In this document: one piece after another, positions 9,704 to 19,649 of the stretch
How positions within the stretch are numbered: the stretch's first letter is position 1
Layout: each line of letters opens with the position of its first letter
NCBI GenBank assembly: GCA_029939635.1
Contig: JAOZSN010000004.1
Coordinates: forward strand, 1-37,496
From: Deltaproteobacteria bacterium
GTDB taxonomy: Bacteria > Desulfobacterota > Desulfobulbia > Desulfobulbales > SURF-16
DNA length: 37,496 nucleotides
Direction: 5' to 3'
The notes under the pieces: model-generated
What the model was told of the DNA's origin: nothing
Seen by the model: only the letters and a program-made list of their open reading frames with translations
Database searches by the model: none
Translations under genes and position numbers: made by a program

Positions 9704-12700
9704 ATGCCTAAACGTACAGACATACATAAGATCCTCATCATCGGCTCCGGACCCATCATTATCTCCCAGGCCTGTGAATTTGACTACTCCGGTACCCAAG
9801 CGGTAACAGCCCTTAAAGAAGAGGGCTATGAGGTTGTCCTCATCAACTCCAACCCGGCCACCATCATGACCGACCCGGAGATTGCTGACCGCACCTATAT
9901 TGAACCCATCACCCCGGAGATGGTAGCCAAAATTATCGAAAAGGAACGTCCCGATGCCCTTCTTCCCACCTTAGGAGGCCAAACAGGCCTCAACACTGCC
10001 ATCAAGGTGGCAGAGATGGGTGTGCTGGAAAAGTATAATGTCGAGATGCTGGCTGCGGATGTTGATGTCATCAAGAAGGCGGAAGGCCGTGACTCCTTTC
10101 GTGAGGCAATGTATAAAATCGGCCTCAAGGTACCAGAAAGCGCCATTGTCCACACTATTGCCGAATCACGTGAGGCCGCTGATAAAATTGGTTTCCCCAT
10201 TATTGTCCGCCCTAGTTTCACCCTGGGGGGCACCGGTGGTGGCGTGGCCTATAATAGCCAGGAGCTGGATGACATGTGTACCGCCGGCCTTGATCTCTCG
10301 CTCAACACCGAAGTCATGCTGGAGCGTTCCCTACTGGGCTGGAAGGAGTATGAGCTGGAGGTAATGCGCGACCGTAATGATAACGTAGTCATTATCTGCT
10401 CGATCGAAAACATGGACGCCATGGGAGTGCATACCGGTGATTCCATCACCGTGGCCCCGGCCCAGACCCTGTCCGACCGCGAATATCAGGAGATGCGCGA
10501 TGCCTCCATTGCCATTATCCGGGAAATCGGTGTGGAAACTGGTGGTTCCAACGTCCAGTTTGCCATCAATCCTGAGAATGGCGAACAAATGATCATTGAG
10601 ATGAACCCCCGGGTATCACGAAGCTCGGCCCTGGCCTCCAAGGCCACCGGCTTCCCCATTGCCAAGATCGCTGCCAAGCTGGCAGTGGGCTATACCCTGG
10701 ATGAGATCACCAATGATATCACCCAGGAAACATACGCCGCCTTTGAGCCCACCATTGATTATTGCGTCATCAAGATCCCGCGCTTTACCTTTGAAAAATT
10801 CCCTGAGACCGAGGATGTCCTCACCACTGCCATGAAATCAGTGGGTGAGACCATGGCCATAGGTCGTACCTTTAAAGAAGCGCTGCAAAAAGGTTTCCGC
10901 TCCCTGGAAATTGGCATCAGTGGTTTTGGTGGCCATGCCAAATTTGAACTGGATGACCGTGACCAACGAGACCTGGAGCTCAAGCTCAAAACCCCCAACT
11001 CCCAGCGCATTTTCTGTCTCCATGAGGCTCTAGTTCGTGATATGGGTGTGGAACGTATCTATGAACTCACCGCCATTGACCCCTGGTACCTCCATAACCT
11101 GCAGCAGATCTACAACATGGAGCTGGAGATTAAAGAAAAAGGCTTTAAAGGGTTGCAAGGAGACTTCCTGCGCAAGGTGAAGCAGTTTGGTTTTTCTGAC
11201 GACCAACTAGCTTATATCACCGGCACCTCAGAAAATGACATCTGGCAACTTCGTGAAGAACAACAGGTAAAGCCGGTCTATAAGCTGGTGGATACCTGTG
11301 CTGCTGAATTTGAGGCTCACACCCCCTATTACTATTCTACCTTTGAACAGGAAAATGAGGCACGCTCCACCAATGGCCGCAAGGTGATGATCCTTGGTGG
11401 TGGGCCCAACCGCATCGGCCAAGGTATTGAGTTTGATTACTGTTGTGTCCATGCCTCCTTTGCCCTGCGCGAGATGGGTATTGAGTCAATCATGGTCAAC
11501 TCAAACCCAGAGACCGTATCCACCGATTATGACACCTCTGATAAGCTCTATTTTGAGCCGCTGACCCGCGAAGATGTCATGCATATTATTGACACCGAAA
11601 AACCAGAAGGTGTGATTGTTCAGTTCGGTGGCCAAACGCCCCTCAACCTGGCCGTGGCTCTGGACAAAATGAATGTTCCCATTTTAGGAACCTCCCCGAT
11701 GCCATTGACCGGGCCGAAGACAGGGAACGCTTCCAGAAATTCCTGCAAAAGCTGGGCCTGTTGCAACCCAATAACGACACGGCCCGAAACAGTACTCAGG
11801 CCATGGAAATCGCTGAACGCATCGGCTATCCAGTGGTGGTTCGTCCCTCATACGTTCTGGGCGGACGGGCCATGCGCATTGTCTATAATGAGCAGGAGTT
11901 AAAAACATATATGATCGAGGCAGTACAGGCATCAGCTGACCACCCCATTCTTATTGATAAATTTCTCAAGGATGCCATTGAAATTGACGTGGACGCCATC
12001 TGTGACGGCACCACGGTAGTCCTGGGCGGCATCATGCAGCATATTGAAGAGGCTGGTATTCACTCCGGCGACTCAGCCTGCGTCCTGCCTGCCCATGGTC
12101 TGACCCCAGCCATGCTCACCGAGATCAAAGAAGCCACCAGGGCCATGGCCCTGGAATTAGGTGTCATTGGGCTGATGAATGTCCAGTATGCTGTCAAGGA
12201 TCACACCCTCTACATCATCGAGGTCAACCCCCGGGCCTCCCGTACCGTACCCTTTGTCTCCAAGGCCACTGGCGTACCATTGGCCAAACTGGCCACCAAG
12301 GTAATGGCTGGCATGACCTTACAAGAACTGGAATTCACTGAAGAGGTTACCATTGATCATTATGCGGTAAAGGAAGCTGTCTTCCCCTTTGACCGTTTTG
12401 ATAATGTTGACACCCTGCTCGGGCCAGAGATGAAATCCACCGGCGAGGTCATGGGCATTGACCATGACCTTGGTCTGGCCTTTGCCAAATCGCAATATGG
12501 CGCAGGTCAACCCATTCCTTCCGGAGGCACCATTCTTATATCAGTACGTGACAACGACAAAGAGGCAATCCTGCCAGTGGCCCGTGATTTGGAGAGCTAC
12601 GGCTTTGCAATAGTCGGCACAAAGGGAACTGCCGCCTTTTTACAGGACAATGGAGTAAAGTGCACCAGAGTCTATAAAATCTCAGAAGGACGCCCCCATC

Positions 12701-12915
12701 TGCTGGATAAAATTCATGATGAAGATATTCAATGGATTATCAACACCTCCATGGGTACCCGCACCAAGGATGACTCATTTATCATTCGCCGTGCTGCCTT
12801 AAAATACCATTTGCCCTACACCACCACCATCACCGGGGCTGTTGCAATGGCCCAGGCCATTGCCAGTCTGCGTAAGCAGGAACTTGAGGTAAAATCAGTG
12901 CAGGAATATTTTTAG
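9704..12915 (+). CDS. carB: Carbamoyl-phosphate synthase large subunit, split by a 1-nt frameshift at about 11694-11697
   Basis: [25 protein letters not shown]; [20 protein letters not shown]; the second ATP-grasp and MGS domain lie in ORF 11761-12915. Adding one C to TCCCC restores [18 protein letters not shown]. Confidence 0.95.
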
Positions 12916-13030
12916 TAAAAAAAATCACTTCTGCCCTTTTAATTTTTTAAAAAATAATTATTGTTCTGTCCCTTAAACCAAAAAGTTAAATAGAAAACGT
13001 GCCTTACATCCATGCACATAGGAGTTTTTT

Positions 13031-14995
13031 TTGAATAATTTTTATAAGAATCTGTCCATGTGGTTGATCATTGGTATGGCCATGATCCTCCTCTTTCAGA
13101 TGTTTAACACCCCCCAGCAAGGGGCTGAACAACTCAGCTATTCTGACTTTCTCACCAGAGTAGAATCTGGTGCCATCCAATCTGTTATAGTCCAGGGCGA
13201 TGTTATCAGCGGTTCCTTCAATGGTAAGGATTTCACCTCTGTTTCCCCCATGACAGATCTGGAACTATGGTCCATCCTGCGTAAATCAGGGGTGGAACTT
13301 ACCGTCAAGCCCATAGAGAAGCCGCCGTGGTATATTACCATTCTGGCCAACTGGTTCCCGATGCTACTGCTCATTGGTGTATGGATCTTCTTCATGCGTC
13401 AGATGCAGATGGGTGGTGGTAAGGCCATGAGCTTTGGCAAGAGCAAGGCCCGCATGCTTAACGAAGATACCATCAAAGTCACCTTCAAGGATGTAGCTGG
13501 CATTGAAGAGGCAAAAGAGGAGCTTTCAGAAATTATCGATTTTCTGCGTGACCCTAAAAAATTCACCCGCCTAGGTGCCCGTATCCCCAAGGGCGTTATG
13601 CTTACCGGCTCGCCAGGCACAGGCAAAACCCTGCTGGCCAAGGCCATTGCCGGTGAGGCCGAGGTACCATTTTTCTCCATCAGCGGCTCTGACTTTGTCG
13701 AGATGTTTGTTGGCGTTGGTGCCTCCCGCGTACGAGATCTGTTCACCCAAGGCAAGAAAAATGCACCCTGTATTATCTTTATAGATGAGATTGATGCAGT
13801 GGGTCGCCATCGTGGTGCAGGACTAGGTGGTGGTCATGATGAGCGCGAGCAAACCTTAAATCAACTTCTAGTTGAGATGGACGGCTTTGAGGACAATGAC
13901 GGAGTTATCATCATAGCTGCCACTAACCGTCCTGATGTCCTTGATCCTGCCTTATTACGCCCAGGCCGTTTTGATCGTCAAGTTGTTGTACCGGTTCCAG
14001 ATATAGGTGGCCGTGAAAAAATACTTGAAGTACATGGGAACAAATTGCCACTGGCCCCAGATGTAGATTGGGCCGTTCTTTCGCGAGGCACCCCAGGTTT
14101 TTCCGGTGCTGATCTGGAAAATATGGTCAATGAGGCAGCCCTTATTGCCGCCCGTGAGGATACTGACAAGGTAGATATGGCGGCTATGGAAAAGGCCAAA
14201 GACAAGGTGATGATGGGTGCTGAACGCAAATCCATGATCATCACTGATAAAGAAAAAGAGATTACGGCCTACCATGAGGCTGGCCATGCCCTTATAGCTA
14301 AATTACTGCCAGAGACTGATCCCGTTCACAAGGTAACCATTATCCCCCGTGGCCGCGCCTTGGGTCTGACCATGCAGCTACCCACTGAGGATAAGTACTC
14401 TCACACCAAGAGTTATTTGCTCAACAATATCCGCATCCTGCTCGGTGGTCGCATTGCGGAGGAACTCATCTTCCACGAGACCACCACTGGCTCTGGCAAC
14501 GATATTGAACGGGCCAGCGGACTGGTTCGCAAGATGATCTGTGAGTGGGGTATGAGCGAGGAGATGGGGCCCATCACCTTTGGCAAGAAAGAAGAGCAAA
14601 TTTTTCTTGGACGCGAAATTTCCCAGCACCGTGATTACAGCGAGGCCACCGCCATCAAAATTGATGAGGTGGTAAAAAAGATGATCATCAAATGTCATGA
14701 CGAGGTCACCCAAAAGCTGTCTGACAATATTGATATCCTCAAAGAGATGGCTGAACTCTTGCTGGAGAAAGAGACCATCACTGGTGCAGACATCACTACT
14801 ATCCTGGCCAACCACGGCCTGGAAGATATGAGCCCTCCTCCCAGTGGCCCAGTGGTAAAGAAAACTGAGGCAAAAAAACCTGCTGAGCCTGTTGTTGAAA
14901 AATCAGCAGCAGAGTCAACCCCAAACCCTGAGGCCAGCGCCGCGAAGGTGTCCACCGCACCACCTGCTGAACCAAGTGCCGAACAGCAAGAGTAA
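13031..14995 (+). CDS. ftsH: ATP-dependent zinc metalloprotease FtsH
   Basis: Two TMs, Walker [33 protein letters not shown]; TTG start after AGGAG. Confidence 0.98.
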   Translation: MNNFYKNLSMWLIIGMAMILLFQMFNTPQQGAEQLSYSDFLTRVESGAIQSVIVQGDVISGSFNGKDFTSVSPMTDLELWSILRKSGVELTVKPIEKPPWYITILANWFPMLLLIGVWIFFMRQMQMGGGKAMSFGKSKARMLNEDTIKVTFKDVAGIEEAKEELSEIIDFLRDPKKFTRLGARIPKGVMLTGSPGTGKTLLAKAIAGEAEVPFFSISGSDFVEMFVGVGASRVRDLFTQGKKNAPCIIFIDEIDAVGRHRGAGLGGGHDEREQTLNQLLVEMDGFEDNDGVIIIAATNRPDVLDPALLRPGRFDRQVVVPVPDIGGREKILEVHGNKLPLAPDVDWAVLSRGTPGFSGADLENMVNEAALIAAREDTDKVDMAAMEKAKDKVMMGAERKSMIITDKEKEITAYHEAGHALIAKLLPETDPVHKVTIIPRGRALGLTMQLPTEDKYSHTKSYLLNNIRILLGGRIAEELIFHETTTGSGNDIERASGLVRKMICEWGMSEEMGPITFGKKEEQIFLGREISQHRDYSEATAIKIDEVVKKMIIKCHDEVTQKLSDNIDILKEMAELLLEKETITGADITTILANHGLEDMSPPPSGPVVKKTEAKKPAEPVVEKSAAESTPNPEASAAKVSTAPPAEPSAEQQE

Positions 14996-15178
14996 CAAGC
15001 TCAAAAAGATGAACGTCCAACATCGAATTACAGGAACCTAATTGTGAGAAGCCAACAGGCTCTAGTGGCCTTTATTCCTGCCCACATAGTATCGGCTTCC
15101 TCTGTTTTATCCATTCAAAATTCGATGTTGAACGTTCGATGTTCGATGTCCATCTTTTAACACCCTGACCTCTCCCCG

Positions 15179-16015
15179 ATGCTCATCACCACCTCCCACC
15201 ATACCCTTGATCTAAGCAAACGTCCCCATATCATGGGGATTATAAACGTCACCCCTGACTCCTTTTCCGATGGTGGCCAGCTCAGCTCGGAAAAAGCATT
15301 GCTCAATCAGGTGAAAACCATGATTGAAGATGGGGCTGATATCCTTGATATTGGCGGTGAATCCACCCGCCCTGGTGCCCCTGCTGTTTCGTTAGAAGAG
15401 GAACTGCGCCGGGTAGTGCCAGCCATTGAGCTGATCCGCCGCCACTATACCACAGCAATATCAATAGACACTACCAAGGCCGAGGTAGCACGGCAGGCCT
15501 TGGCTAGCGGTGCTGATATCGTTAACGACATCAGCGCCCTGCGCTTTGATCCAGCCATGCTGCCCCTGGTCGTTGAAAAAAATGTCCCGTTGATCATCAT
15601 GCATATGCAAGGTAAGCCTGGCACCATGCAGCAGGCACCTCATTATGACAATGTGGTGACAGAGATCATGGCAGAGCTGCAAGGCTGGCTGGACCATGCC
15701 ACAGACAAGGGCCTGCGCAGAGATAAAATCATCCTTGACCCAGGTATCGGCTTTGGCAAAAATCTGGATCATAATCTTGCCATCCTCAAACACCTCGCTG
15801 ATTTCACCAGCCTCGGCTGCCCCCTTCTTCTTGGCCACTCCCGCAAAAAATTCATAGGACAGCTCCTTAATAAAGGAGAAGCCGCACAACGTGACCACGG
15901 TACTGCAGTTATCTCTGCCCTCGCCGCCCTTCAGGGCGTAGCTATCATCCGTGTCCATAACGTTGCCCTCACCAAACAGGCCATTACGTTAGCCATGGCT
16001 ATCCGGCAGGCTTAA
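15179..16015 (+). CDS. folP: Dihydropteroate synthase
   Basis: MGIINVTPDSFSDGG, DIGGESTRPG, DPGIGFGK, SRK, IRVHNV. Confidence 0.97.
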   Translation: MLITTSHHTLDLSKRPHIMGIINVTPDSFSDGGQLSSEKALLNQVKTMIEDGADILDIGGESTRPGAPAVSLEEELRRVVPAIELIRRHYTTAISIDTTKAEVARQALASGADIVNDISALRFDPAMLPLVVEKNVPLIIMHMQGKPGTMQQAPHYDNVVTEIMAELQGWLDHATDKGLRRDKIILDPGIGFGKNLDHNLAILKHLADFTSLGCPLLLGHSRKKFIGQLLNKGEAAQRDHGTAVISALAALQGVAIIRVHNVALTKQAITLAMAIRQA

Positions 16016-16166
16016 AAAATACCCTTAAGTTTCTGCTTTTAAGTTTCAAGTTGTAGGAAGTTTCTTCTTAGATAGCTCATCAAACTGGAAACTGTCTTTT
16101 TGCCACTCTTTCCTGTATTCTATTTCCAGAAACCCATCCCTTGTCCCTTAAGCCCTGGCCCTTTAG

Positions 16167-18110
16167 TTGAAAAAAAAGATCAAACGATATCAGGCCTATA
16201 ATCGTAGCCGTAAAATCAAGGCCATTAATTTCAATACCCAGACGGCCACCATTCTCTTTAAGGTGGTGCCCTATCTGCTCCATTGTAATTACCAAGACCT
16301 TCCCGGCTATATTGATCACCCCGATGTTCCATATGGTATCTACCGTTTTCTGCCTGACAAATTTGTCAACATGGAAACCTTTCGTCGCTATTTTCCCAAC
16401 TCAACAGCACGCAGCATTAAAACATCATCTCCCTATGCCCTTAACCCTCATATACATTCATTAAAAACCATTGGCTCCATTGGCACCATTGCCCAAGCAA
16501 CCAAATCTGACTGCGACTACTGGGTATCCATACGATTGGAAGAGTTAGGCCCCCATGGTCTGAGGCTCTTGGAAGAGAAATGCCGAGCCATTGAACAATG
16601 GGCCATGGATCTGGGGGTAGAAATTTACTTCTTTCTCATGGACATAGAACAAACCAGAAACAACCATTTTGGCTCCAGTGCTGAGGAAGAATCTGCCGGA
16701 TCAGCCCTAAAGCTGTTACTAAAGGACGAGCTTTTTCGTTCTCACATCTTGGTCGCTGGAAAAATGCTGCTCTGGTGGCTTATTCCGCCCGGCCTTACAG
16801 AGAAACAATACAGAGAATATGTTGCCCAAATGGCCGCCAAGGGCCTTGATATGGATGGATTTATTGACCTGGGATATCTCTCCGTCATCCCAAAGGCAGA
16901 AATATTTGGCGCCTGCCTCTGGCAGCTTAACAAGGCTTTAGACAGCCCCTTCAAATCCGTCATTAAGTTTGCCTATCTTGAGCTGTTGCTGCGCAATGAC
17001 ACAGATACCCTGCCCCTTTTTTCCACTAAGATATTGCGACTGGTTACCTTTCCGCAATATCTCTCAGAACAGGAACCACCTCTTTCCATGGCAGAGATAG
17101 ATCCCTATCTCCTCCTGGCTCGTGATATCGTCGCCTTTTACCAGAAAAATGATAGTGGCAACCATGATGACGATCTCATCCGCGACTGTCTCTTTCTCAA
17201 GGCCTTGGAGGGCATGCGGTCACAAAAGAGGATGAAACACCATAAAAAGGTAATGAAACTCATGCAGACCTGGGACTTGCTCCCCCGTGATATGGGCCGG
17301 ATCCTGCAGATCAATAAATGGAGTTATAATGAGCTACTGGCCTCTGGCACCAAGGTTCATAATTACCTGCTGGCCACCTATAAACGCTTACGCTGGTTTT
17401 TCTCCACCTATGCCAAGGAGACAGGCTTAACTATCACCCAACGAGACATCTCCATCCTAGGCCGTAAGCTCTTCTCCTTCTACGAGAAAAAACCGCACAA
17501 AATCGAATACATCCGCAGCCTGTCCCGTGACATCATGTGCCAAACGGCAATCACCTTCCATATTACCCGCTATGAAAGGGAAGTTTATTTTTACGCCTTC
17601 CAAGGCAAACAGAACCATGACTCCATAAAACAACAGCTCAACATGCAGATCCGGCGAGAGTCAAATATAATCACCTTGCTTGCCTGGTTGGTGGTCAACG
17701 GTATTTTACAGAAAAACACATCATTATATCTGACCAAAAATTTTCTAGAAGTCAATCTCTCTGAAATCCAGGAGGTCGCTGAAAAAATTATTGTCGCCTT
17801 TCCCCTGGTTAAATTTTCTAACATCGCGGCCCATGAACTTCTTGAAAAAGAAACTATCACCTACGCCCTGGCCATTGTCAATTTTCATAAATTGCCAGTG
17901 CACCACGAAAAAGAGCTGCACTCGTCCATCATCAGCCAAAATAATTACGGTGAATTTTTCTGCCACCACTACACCACTGTCACCCAGCTAAAAAACCAAT
18001 TTCGTCTTTTGCTCACTAAACATTTTGTCAGCCGCTGGAATAATAACCTTGAGGTCTTTACCCCACCCCAACCAGAGCAGTACTATATTGAAGAGATGTT
18101 AAAAAAATAG
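16167..18110 (+). CDS. cyaA: Class I adenylate cyclase
   Basis: PYLLHCN, GSIGTIAQATKSDCDYWV (class I GS..Q..SDxDxW nucleotidyltransferase motif), LLKDELFRS, WQLNKALDSPFKSVIK. Start uncertain. Confidence 0.85.
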   Translation: MKKKIKRYQAYNRSRKIKAINFNTQTATILFKVVPYLLHCNYQDLPGYIDHPDVPYGIYRFLPDKFVNMETFRRYFPNSTARSIKTSSPYALNPHIHSLKTIGSIGTIAQATKSDCDYWVSIRLEELGPHGLRLLEEKCRAIEQWAMDLGVEIYFFLMDIEQTRNNHFGSSAEEESAGSALKLLLKDELFRSHILVAGKMLLWWLIPPGLTEKQYREYVAQMAAKGLDMDGFIDLGYLSVIPKAEIFGACLWQLNKALDSPFKSVIKFAYLELLLRNDTDTLPLFSTKILRLVTFPQYLSEQEPPLSMAEIDPYLLLARDIVAFYQKNDSGNHDDDLIRDCLFLKALEGMRSQKRMKHHKKVMKLMQTWDLLPRDMGRILQINKWSYNELLASGTKVHNYLLATYKRLRWFFSTYAKETGLTITQRDISILGRKLFSFYEKKPHKIEYIRSLSRDIMCQTAITFHITRYEREVYFYAFQGKQNHDSIKQQLNMQIRRESNIITLLAWLVVNGILQKNTSLYLTKNFLEVNLSEIQEVAEKIIVAFPLVKFSNIAAHELLEKETITYALAIVNFHKLPVHHEKELHSSIISQNNYGEFFCHHYTTVTQLKNQFRLLLTKHFVSRWNNNLEVFTPPQPEQYYIEEMLKK

Positions 18111-18159
18111 CTCCGGATTCTGTCCACAACAGTCGAAACGTCACGCACCAGGAAAAACA

Positions 18160-18396
18160 ATGCCCCTCATCACCCTATACCATTCCATCCTTTGACCACG
18201 ATGTCACATGGCAGGCAGGATGCTTGCCAAACTAAGTAAAGAGTATGATCTTACCATTGAAAAGATTGACGTCACCCGTCATCCCCTCCGCACCATACAG
18301 GCCGGAATTACCATGATCCCAACCATTAAGACTGGCGAAGACAGGCTAAGTGGCCTCGTGCTCAGTGAGACACGAATCAGGGCATTCCTTGCCTAG
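18160..18396 (+). CDS. Glutaredoxin/thioredoxin-like small selenoprotein (UxxC), 78 aa
   Basis: AGGA then ATG 18160: MPLITLYHSIL-TGA(18193-95)-PRCHMAGRML..IEKIDV..GITMIPTI. The in-frame UGA sits at the first Cys position of CxxC; the cis-Pro motif IP is present; a hairpin follows the UGA. Confidence 0.85.
18209..18229 (+). promoter_or_regulatory. Bacterial SECIS-like hairpin
   Basis: TGGCAGGCA-GGA-TGCTTGCCA, a 9-bp stem with one G-U pair and a G-containing apical loop about 22 nt after the UGA. Confidence 0.7.
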
Positions 18397-18420
18397 CACC
18401 ATCCCCCCCAAAACCTACCT

Positions 18421-18450
18421 TTGACATTCTTCACAGAGATGTGATATTTT
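18421..18450 (+). promoter_or_regulatory. Putative sigma70 promoter with palindromic operator in the spacer
   Basis: Perfect TTGACA at 18421, TGn-extended -10 (GATATT or TATTTT), and palindrome TCACA-gaga-TGTGA at 18431-18444. Confidence 0.5.
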
Positions 18451-18489
18451 CTTGATAGGCACCATCCTATCACTCTAATCATCGCATTT

Positions 18490-19644
18490 ATGAAAATATT
18501 CACCCTTAATCTATGCCTTCTTTTTCTCACCTGTTCGCTCGGCTATGGTGCTGACCCCATCAAAATAGGGGGCACCCTGGGACTTACAGGTCAATATGCC
18601 CCCATGTCAGAAATGGTTGCCTCTGGTCTCAAGTTATGGGCAACTGATTTTAATAACAGTGGTGGACTACATGGTCGCGAGATCAAACTCATCATCCTTG
18701 ATGACCATAGCGATGCAGCAACAGCCAAGGTCTTAATGGAAAAATTGATCACTGAGGAGAAGGTTGACTTGGTCTTTGGCCCCTACTCCAGTGTGATTAC
18801 CACCGAGATCATCAAGATAACCGAGAAGCATGGCTTCTCCGTCCTTGCTTCAGGAGCAACATCAGACCGCCTCTGGCAACAGGGGTACACCCACCTCTTT
18901 GGTGTCTATATCCCAGCTAGTCGCTACCCCCTTGGTTTTCTAAAATTGCTAACACGCTACGGTATTGAACAGGTGGCCATCGTCAATGCCGATGATATGT
19001 TCTCGCAAACCGTAGCAGAAGGTGCTTACAAATGGGCAACCAGACTCGGGCTCACCATCACCCTGCAGGAACAATTTAAAAAAGGCAGAAAAGACCTCAC
19101 TAAATTAGCACAACGCATCAAAAAATCAGGGGCTGAGGCCATTATTGTTGGTGGCCATTTTAATGAAGCCTTGGACATGCGCCTGGCCCTGAAAAGCATT
19201 GGATGGTACCCACGGGCCTATTACGCTACCTTGGGACCTGCTTTAAAAAAATATTATGATTTATTGGGAGAAGACGCAAATGGCACCTTTACCCTGTCCA
19301 ACTGGGAGGCAAATGGTGTTCGCTTTCCAGGAAGCCAAGAATTTGCTGAAAAATTTCAAAACACCTTTCACGTAAAGCCTTCTTATCAAGCTGCTGCAGG
19401 CTATGCCTCCGGGCAAATCCTGGCTGCGGCCATCAAATCCACCGGCAGCATTGACAAGAAAAAAGTACGGGCTGCCCTGGCCAATTTAGACACCATGACC
19501 ATCCTCGGCAGATATGGTGTGGACTCCACTGGCCAGCAAATCCGCCACTTTTCCCTTGTCACCCAATGGCAAAACGGCAAGCTCAAAGTTGTCGGCCCCC
19601 GAGAAATTAAGGCCGTCAAATCAACCACTCCAATTTTCAATTAA
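18490..19644 (+). CDS. Liv/branched-chain amino acid family periplasmic binding protein (PBP type 1)
   Basis: Signal peptide, IKIGGTLGLTGQYA, NNSGGLHGREIKLIILDDHSD, EKVDLVFGPYSS. Confidence 0.9.
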   Translation: MKIFTLNLCLLFLTCSLGYGADPIKIGGTLGLTGQYAPMSEMVASGLKLWATDFNNSGGLHGREIKLIILDDHSDAATAKVLMEKLITEEKVDLVFGPYSSVITTEIIKITEKHGFSVLASGATSDRLWQQGYTHLFGVYIPASRYPLGFLKLLTRYGIEQVAIVNADDMFSQTVAEGAYKWATRLGLTITLQEQFKKGRKDLTKLAQRIKKSGAEAIIVGGHFNEALDMRLALKSIGWYPRAYYATLGPALKKYYDLLGEDANGTFTLSNWEANGVRFPGSQEFAEKFQNTFHVKPSYQAAAGYASGQILAAAIKSTGSIDKKKVRAALANLDTMTILGRYGVDSTGQQIRHFSLVTQWQNGKLKVVGPREIKAVKSTTPIFN

Positions 19645-19649
19645 CTCCC

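Noticed and set aside
11694-11760. Programmed frameshift or natural two-gene carB
   Set aside because: No slippery heptamer or RBS for a second gene; a single missing C explains it.
16100-16177. Possible upstream extension of cyaA via an extra A in the A8 run (16170-16177)
   Set aside because: The alternative upstream frame (PLFPVFYFQKPIPCPLSPGPLVEK) is not recognisably homologous; cannot be supported without reads.
18193-18195. Nonsense mutation/pseudogene reading of the TGA
   Set aside because: Its exact CxxC position plus the downstream hairpin fit selenocysteine better.
18431-18444. CRP site, tempting next to cyaA
   Set aside because: Half-sites are in the reverse order and spacing (TCACA-N4-TGTGA, not TGTGA-N6-TCACA).
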